Of a stretch of DNA of 64,000 nucleotides, positions 54,013-64,000 are shown in pieces. The DNA comes from Eledone cirrhosa. Lineage: Eukaryota. A program made the position numbers and the translations under genes. Location of the stretch: positions 32,116,001-32,180,000 of the forward strand of contig OZ024752.1 of the NCBI GenBank assembly GCA_964016885.1. Direction: 5' to 3'. The first letter of the stretch is position 1. Each line of letters starts with the position of its first letter. Under the pieces are notes generated by a model. The model did no database searches. It was not told the origin of the DNA and was given only the letters and a program-made list of their open reading frames with translations.

Positions 54013-54493
54013 GATAAATTTAAAACAAAATTGGAATAGTTATAGATCGAATGCCTTTGATCATGGGTTTGCTAAATTATACATGATCTGGGAATAAACA
54101 ACCACAACAGCAACAAGAACATTAACAACACCAACAAAATAAAATAGAATATTTAATAATCGCCGTATTATAAAACAACAATTCGACCGCGTTGAAATTT
54201 CTTTAAAAACAATTAAATGTCAATATGTTTATGGAAATATATAGTATTCTATATTGTTTTGAAGTTTATATATCATATAAACTATTAACTTATGATACAA
54301 TTATAATTTTCCACACTATTAAGTAAACCTTTAGTGTGTCTAATATATTTGTACTACGTTTGTATTGATTTCATTTGCTATCATTATCAGGTCTACTAAA
54401 AGTTTCCAAGCTATTAACTCCATCTTTTAAATGTATAGTTACAATATATTTGTACTATGCTTCGATCAGTTTGATTTCCGATCATTATCTGTA

Positions 54494-54765
54494 GCGGTGG
54501 ATTGACACTATCGGTAGAGTGTCGGACGCCATGCTTTCCAGCATAGTTACGTCCTTTTACGGTCTGAGTTGAAATCCCGCCAAGGTTAACTTTGTCTTTC
54601 ATCCTTACGGGGTCGATAAAATAAAGTACCAGTAATACACTGGAATATTTGCTGGTCTTGTACCAAAAGTAGAAACTATTATTTCAAGAACTGGAGTTCA
54701 AATCCCGCCGAGGTTAACTTTGCCTTTCATCCTTACGAGAGGTCGATAAAATAAAGTACCAGTAA
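54494..54765 (+). mobile_element. One full and one partial SINE
   Basis: SINE consensus. Confidence 0.85.
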
Positions 54766-55346
54766 GTTGTACTAGATACTTTCCCTAGTCTATCATGGCT
54801 TACTAGCTCTATACGTACGTTTAAATTTATTTTTATTTTCGTGTTCTATTATATCTGTATATCTTGTCTTTTGTTTCTCAACTGTAAGAAGTGCTAGATA
54901 CTTCCACTAGTCTCATGGCTCTATACGGACGAATAAATTGATTAAACAAATAAATAGTTCAGAAATTTATCCAAAAGTATAATATTTTCTACTAAATTTA
55001 TATTTCTTGCTCAGTATATAGTATCTAGTGCTCATTTATACTCTCATTTTGTATTGGGAACTTATTGTTTTCTTGATACGAGTTTAGAAAATTTGAAGCA
55101 TCGGTTTGTTATATTTATAGGCTGGAATGTTTTTTAATAAATCGTTTTCTTTTATATAAAAAAAGTTTCAAGCATGTTTTCATTGCCACTGTTACAGCAG
55201 TGCCATATTTTTTTTACATTTGCACAAAATTGAATAGTACACCAACTAATCTATAAAACCAATTCCTCTTCCTGTGGTTCACGTCAAGCCATAGTTTTTT
55301 TTATATAGTTTCTTCAAAATTACCCCTAGACAGATTTGCAAGACGC

Positions 55347-55935
55347 TTTTGTCTTGTAGGAGACCTTATTTAAAAGTACGTTTTTTCTTCTATTACCTTT
55401 TATATATGATTTGGAATTGTAATACTTTAGTATCAGCTGAAGTAGTGTAGTAATTTCTGGTTACTTTTTTCCATTAGATTTAAATCTAACCGGATGCGTG
55501 ATACGACGACATTCATAAAATTGCATTTTTTATTTTTTAAATTTTTGTCTTGTAGGAGACCTTATTTAAAAGTACGTTTTTTCTTCTATTACCTTTTATA
55601 TATGATTTGGAATTGTAATACTTTAGTATCAGCTGAAGTAGTGTAGTAATTTCTGGTTACTTTTTTCCATTAGATTTAAATCTAACCGGATGCGTGATAC
55701 GACGACATTCATAAAATTGCATTTTTTATTTTTTAAATTTTTGTCTTGTAGGAGACCTTATTTAAAAGTACGTTTTTTCTTCTATTACCTTTTATATATG
55801 ATTTGGAATTGTAATACTTTAGTATCAGCTGAAGTAGTGTAGTAATTTCTGGTTACTTTTTTTCCATTAGATTTAAATCTAACCGGATTCGTGATACGAC
55901 GACATTCATAAAATTGCTTTTTTTATTTTTTAAAT
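55347..55935. repeat. Three near-identical tandem copies of a ~196-bp unit
   Basis: ttttgtcttgtaggagaccttatttaaaag starts at ~55347, ~55543 and ~55739. Confidence 0.92.
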
Positions 55936-57028
55936 TATATATACCACAATTTTTGTAATTTCTAGCATATTTCATTATAAGCTGCTCGACAACGCTATTG
56001 AAATGTCATCATAGCTGTTGCAAGAAGTGTTTCCATAATGTGTTTTGTCGTTATTGTTGTTGGTGTACGTATTAACCTTTTTGTATTATTTTCAAAACTT
56101 GTACAAGTTTTTGATAATATCAACGACATTAAACATAGTGCCTCACCTTTGAAAGAAGGAAGATATCTACAATATTTTTTAATCACCATTAATCCCCAAA
56201 GTAGATATAGCGTCAAATATTTTGGTGAAGACAGAAGCAGAATAAAAAATTGAGCTATGCTTCTATCCTTAAAATAGAAAATTCTAATGCAAAAACGAAG
56301 TGGAAAAGGAGATACTCGAAATTAGAAAATATCTAAAATAAAATGTGGCTAAATCATAGAATCATTTAATTTGAAAAGTGATAATAGTTCTTCAAAAACC
56401 GCAGCAATAATGTCGACTCCATCTTCAAAAGATTTTATCACGAATATAGAAATAAAATAGAATTCAGTTAAACGCCCACAACATGACAAATAGTGAAAGA
56501 TGCCTTGTTGCTTTTTTTCAGCACGAAAAATAAAGTGAAACACTTGTACATTCTTGGAACGCCATATTAAGTGAATAAGTAGCTCTGACGTTACAAACCA
56601 AACAAAGTGAAAGAAAAGGCCAAAGTCTCACATGTTTAAATGTAATAAGGCACACATAACATACTGGAAATGGTAATTAACAACCTATTGAAATAGCAAA
56701 ATCCTAAATCTTAATGGCCAGTAACTGTCCCGCCTAAAACCTATAAAACCTTAATTTCAGTAACATCGCAGAGAATAAATAACTGCATGGAAACCAATTC
56801 CATTCCCAAACAAGCAAAAAATGTACTGCAATGTTCTAAGCCATAATTCAAATGGTTGAATGACAATAGTCGAGAACTGGAGAAGAATAGAGAAAATTCT
56901 GAGCCGAATATGGATTCCAAACGTGAAGGCTTTGGCAGTATGTCGCTACACATGAATCCTGGAAACGTTAGTTCTGATCCGGCTAGCACAAATAGTGGTT
57001 TCTGATTTAGGCATAAAGCTAACAATTT

Positions 57029-57818
57029 AGGGCGATGGGAAAATCGATTAAATCGACCTCGGTGACTTACTGTTACTTTATTTTACGACCCCGTAAGGAT
57101 GAAAGGCAAAACTAACCTCAGTGGGATTTGAACTCAAACTGCAGAAGGTCGTAACTAAATGCTGCAATACATTCTCTTCGGAGCTCAACCGACTCTCACC
57201 CGAAATAATACTAAGTCCACAAATTTGACAAAGTGAGTCTAGTTTATTACATTTATCAAATAAGTGGGGTGGGGGTCGAATGTGTATCCAAATATATGCC
57301 TGAAGGTCGTTTCTACTCGCAAAACGGTTGAACCTCTTCTTTTCTTCTTTACATCCGTTACCAGTGCCATGACAAAGTTCCTCCTCCAGCTCACCCTGGA
57401 CTTAATTTCCTCTGCCTCCCTGTGTCATCTTCAAGAACATACGCCAGTGTGATGGTTGGTCTCCCAACTCATCTGCACACAACCGGTTTCCAGAAAAATA
57501 ATTCTGCCAACAGGTTCATTGTGACGTTTCACTTTACATGTCCGCCGTCTAATGCGAGCCACTTACACCTTATGGTGTCGGAAAGGCGACGGCGTGAACC
57601 GTTAAGCTATTGAACTAAAGATTGATATTATTTAATTGGCAGTATCAGTAGAGGGTCGGACGCCACGCTTTGATGCATAGAGTTACGGCACTTGCCATTC
57701 TGATTTCAAATCCCGCCGAGGTTAACTTTGCCTTTCATCCTTACGGGGTCGATAAAATAAAGTACCAGTAATGTACCGGGTAATTGCTGGCCTTGTGCCT
57801 AACGTAGAAACAATTATT
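57029..57818. mobile_element. Diverged minus-strand SINE (57029-57195), decayed minus-strand RTE 3' fragment (~57335-57592) and plus-strand SINE (57632-57818)
   Basis: SINE consensus; the fragment shows remnants ELFFWKP and VGRPTITL...LEDDTG. Confidence 0.65.
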
Positions 57819-58416
57819 TAGTATGTTACCCCCTTCCTTCGTGTGAAAATAAAGATATATAATCGTGATGAAAGAAATACCGAAGAAGTTTAAAGTGGTG
57901 TAGCTTAACTGGGAAATAATAGTGCATTGCTATTAGTTTGAGTCTAATAAATAGATTTAGTAGGATTAGTTTTTAATGAATAAACACTCAAGATTAAACA
58001 GGTAAATGTCGGCGACTAGACGGAGGCCTACAGCATATACAATGTAGAAGATTACAAATCTCATATCCGTTAGGATTTTAGTTGTAAGTTATCACATATA
58101 TTTTAATCGATAGCATTACCTCACTTTTGGTAATGTATTTACATTTTAAAGGCAACCTCACTATACCTTGTAGAGCAGCACAGCAGTAATCCACGCTCCC
58201 CAGGTCTTTATTCTCTCTCTGTGACAGCTCTTTACATATCTGGCAATAGATGATAGATAGACGCTCATTGTTAATACAGCATAAATGATATATGTCATCA
58301 TATGGCAAATAATTTTAGCTGCATCGATTTTGCAGAATAGAAGCAAATGCTTTCAATAATTGCTGTATTCCGGTTGTCAAACATGCACCCACTCGTCAAA
58401 CCTACATGCGAACCAA

Positions 58417-60551
<2,135 letters not shown>

Positions 60552-60879
60552 GTTATGTAATAAACAACATAAGATAATTATTTCATTTACCAGTCGTTTA
60601 TTGAAAGCAAAAGAAATTTGCTTTCAGTCATCAGAATGAAAAAATCCTGGTGTATTTATTGACAGTGGATTTTAAAAACAAAAATATAATCTATATGAAA
60701 GTGAGGCTGGAAGAGGAAGAGGGAAACGAAACAGAATAAATATAAAAGTAGATAAACACACATGCACACACACGCGCGCACACACATATATACACATATA
60801 TATATATACACATATATATACACATATATATATATACATACACACATATATACACATACACACATACATATATATATAT

Positions 60880-61186
60880 GATGGCTGCCCCCTCGTTATC
60901 GAGTATGGCCATTGCATGATACACCATTATTAATAATTATCAATTAATTCTATCGTGCAATGCCTGTGCGTGAAAATATTTTTTAAAGTGAGGAAAGACT
61001 GTGCACTGAGCCAATCCCACTCTCTGAGCGACAGTAGCTATAACCCGAAAAGAAGAAAAGATCAACATCATCGGTAACTACTGAGCCGCAGGTTTTATAT
61101 CGGAGTTATCCCGGTTTCCTGAGATGCCTTCTCCTAGAAGAATGCCCTGACAAAGGCTAGGGGTTCTTCACTCCCAGTGGTTTAAC
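60880..61186 (-). mobile_element. Short bipartite RTE-derived non-autonomous element
   Basis: Its terminal 37 nt are identical to LINE 4885-4921; the body is homologous to 167-364. Confidence 0.75.
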
Positions 61187-61804
61187 CGCGCGTTACATGT
61201 GTATATATACATATTTACACACTTTTGTATGTATACATATATACATACATATCCATACATACACATACACACAAATACACAAACACACACACATGCATAT
61301 ATATATGTATATACATATACACACACATATACACACACATATACACACACATATAATCATACATTTATACACACGTACATACACACACATACATACACAC
61401 ATATATACACGCATACATACGCACACACATTTACTCGTATAGATTAACCTAGAGGTTAGCCCATACGAGTGAATTAGATCAAATAATGGGTTCGACAACC
61501 AAAAGAGAAAAATACCTAATTTGGCATGTATTAAAATATATTGCCACTATGTTTATATATGCTTTCATAATTTCGAATTCCTACTCAGATAACTAATATA
61601 TATATATATACCAAACTCGTCCTATGGACTGAGTGCTCTACCACTACGCATATTACCTTCGAGTGTTCTCTCTCTCTCTCTAAATATATATTATATATAT
61701 ATATATATATAGGAGACGATCGACTTTCGTCAAATCGGACCGAGGGAAGAGTGTTTCCGTTGGTCTTTCCAATTGCTAATACTATCTATCGGTCGCAACT
61801 CCAG

Positions 61805-61932
61805 GTAGAAGGAGCAACGTGAAATAAAGTGTCTTGCTCAAGGACATAACGCATCGCCTGGTCCAGGAATCGAACTCACAACCTTACGATTGCGAATCCA
61901 ATTCTCTAACCACTCAGCCACACGCCTTCACT
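61805..61932 (-). mobile_element. Head and core of a CORE-like SINE
   Basis: aagtgtcttgctcaaggacataac...ggaatcgaactc...ctaaccactcagccacacgcc. Confidence 0.7.
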
Positions 61933-62233
61933 CAGCATATATATATATATATGCTGAGACAAAAGTAACGCCCTTTATTATTTATTAAGTTTTATAGAAC
62001 GAAAATAATTTAGAGTAGTTTAAGAAAATGTTTCCGTTCAATAAAAGTTAATAGTTAAAAGAAAATGGGCGTTATTTTTGTTGCAACCTGTGTGTGAATG
62101 TGTGTATGTATATATATATACGAATATGTATGTATGTACATGTGTATATATGTATGTAGGTATATATGTGTATGCGTATGTATGTATATGCGCGGGGACA
62201 TAGGAATGATCGGGCTGGATACCCTGTCGCACT

Positions 62234-62538
62234 GTTAAACCACTGGGAGTGAAGGACCCCTAGCCTTTGTCAGGGCATTCTTCTAGCAGAAGGCAACTCA
62301 GGAAACTGGGATAACTCCGATATAAAACATGCGCCTCGGTGGTTACCGATGATGTTGATCTTTTCTTCTTTTCAGGTTATAGCTACTGTCGCTCAGAGAG
62401 TGGGATTGGCTCTGTGCACAGTCTTTCCTCATTTAAAAATAAACCGTCATGCACAGGCATTGCACGATAGCTTTAATTGATAATTATTAATAATGTTATA
62501 TCATGCAATGGCCATACTCGATAACGAGGCGGCAGCCA

Positions 62539-62540
<2 letters not shown>
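62234..62540 (+). mobile_element. Short bipartite RTE-derived non-autonomous element (second copy)
   Basis: Inverted homologue of 60880-61186; ends ...cagccatc followed by (AC)n. Confidence 0.75.
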
Positions 62541-62579
<39 letters not shown>

Positions 62580-62758
62580 ACTCTCAAGAGCGTGAAACTA
62601 ATAAACCTTTGTTTGTACTGCCTCTCTGTGTATATATGTATAAATATTTCGTATCTCCGAAGAAATACAGTTTTAGGAAGCCGTAGCTATGCAAACACCG
62701 GGGGGGGGGGGGGGGGGCTAACGCCCTCTGGTGATGTCCAGCAGAAGCAAGGGGGACA

Positions 62759-62802
62759 ACCCTCTATGCATTTCAAGCTTAGCTGGCCTTCGTCAGGACG
62801 GT
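62759..62802 (-). ncRNA. Minimal type I hammerhead motif between ~85-bp direct repeats (62630-62718, 62968-63052)
   Basis: Minus strand: accgtc-CTGACGA-aggc(cagctaa)gctt-GAAA-tgca-TA-gagggt; palindromic TGCA. Confidence 0.7.
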
Positions 62803-63505
62803 CCCTCCCGCCGCTTGCGACTGCTGGACTAGAAGACAGATGAGAATATATACTTTTCTCGTCTGTGTAAATGAGGTGATTAATCTCATTTGCATATGAA
62901 GCTGCATAAGTTGGCTCAACTTATAATAAAAAAGAAATAGGATTTCGCTTCAAGCATAGCTTTATACAATATGTATAAATATTTCGTATCTCCAAAGAAA
63001 TACAGATTTAGGAAGCCGTAGCTTTGCAAACACCGGTGGGGGGGGGGGGGCTACTCTTAATGTAAAGGAAACGTCGAGCATATTATAACTGGAAACAGAG
63101 AAAGTATACTTTGGTGGGATTTGAACCCAGAACGCAAAACAGCCGGGATGAATAACGTAATACATTAGAATCTTTACAGTCTGCCAATCGATTGCTTTGT
63201 GTGTGTATTCATTTCAACTTTTTTAATGCGACATTATGTAACATCCTTACAGATCTGCACTTCTAAAATACCAATACGAAATTGTATAGAGCCAGCTGGC
63301 ATACAGCAAACCTGTAATTATTTCTGTGACAAAGATAACAATGGTATAAAAATAATTGACATCACAATACAGAGTGGAAGGTAGATAAAGTTAAGAAATG
63401 TCTTAAGCTGTTGAATTGAAATAATTGCAAAGTGTCCATCATTCCTTCTATTTACAAGTGAGAGGAATGGAATAATGAAAAAAGTTACATCATTAAAGAT
63501 ATGAA

Positions 63506-64000
63506 AAAATTGACGTTACGTACGTTTCGAGATACCCACCTCTCAGAAAATTGACGTTACGTAAGTTTAGAGATACCCACCTCTCAGAAAATTGACGTTA
63601 CGTAAGTTTGGAGATATCCATCTCTCAGAAAATTGACGTTACGTAAGTGAAGATACCTACCTCTCAGAAAATTGACGTTACGTAAGTTTGGAGATACCCA
63701 CCTCTCAGAAAATTGACCTTACGTAAGTGAAGATACCTACCTCTCAGAAAATTGACGTTACGTACGTTTGGAGATACCCACCTCTCAGAAAATTGACGTT
63801 GCGTACGTTTCGAGATACCCACCTCTCAGAAAATTGACGTTACGTAAGTTTAGAGATACCAACCTCTCAGAAAATTGACGTTACGTAAGTTTAGAGATAC
63901 CAACCTCTCAGAAAATTGACGTTACGTAAGTTTAGAGATACCCACCTCTCAGAAAACTGACGTTACGTAAGTTTGGAGATACCCACTTCTCAGAAAATTG
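63506..64000. repeat. 39-41-bp minisatellite, ~12 copies, running off the window
   Basis: Unit GAAAATTGACGTTACGTAAGTTT[A/G]GAGATACCCACCTCTCA. Confidence 0.95.

Noticed and set aside
55990-57010. Coding-like unique sequence (short ORFs on both strands)
   Set aside because: Multiple stops and no recognisable domain; only a weak acceptor at 56760.
62190-62340. HDV-like ribozyme expected at RTE 5' ends
   Set aside because: Could not build the nested double pseudoknot by eye; needs a descriptor search.

Overview
Repeat-saturated, AT-rich eukaryotic DNA. The SINE families, microsatellite load and retroelement mix resemble an octopus/coleoid genome (inference, not verified). At most one or two candidate host exons are visible. 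The window holds a young 5'-truncated RTE LINE (EN-RT plus three C-terminal C2H2 fingers), short bipartite elements sharing its exact 3' end, about 20 tRNA-derived SINE copies (one expanded into a 36 x 37-bp B-box array), several satellites and a CRE-like fragment. Its main feature is a dense nest of Penelope-like elements (PLEs: three Naiad-type, one Neptune-type, plus terminal-repeat fragments) inserted in (TA)n arrays. Four PLEs share one architecture: a 5'-truncated copy capped by an inverted duplicate of its own 3' end. I folded about 16 minimal type I hammerhead ribozyme motifs by eye in the PLE terminal repeats, several with a non-canonical first pair of stem II. Most long ORFs in the supplied track are microsatellite artefacts. 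Element boundaries were read by eye and are approximate.
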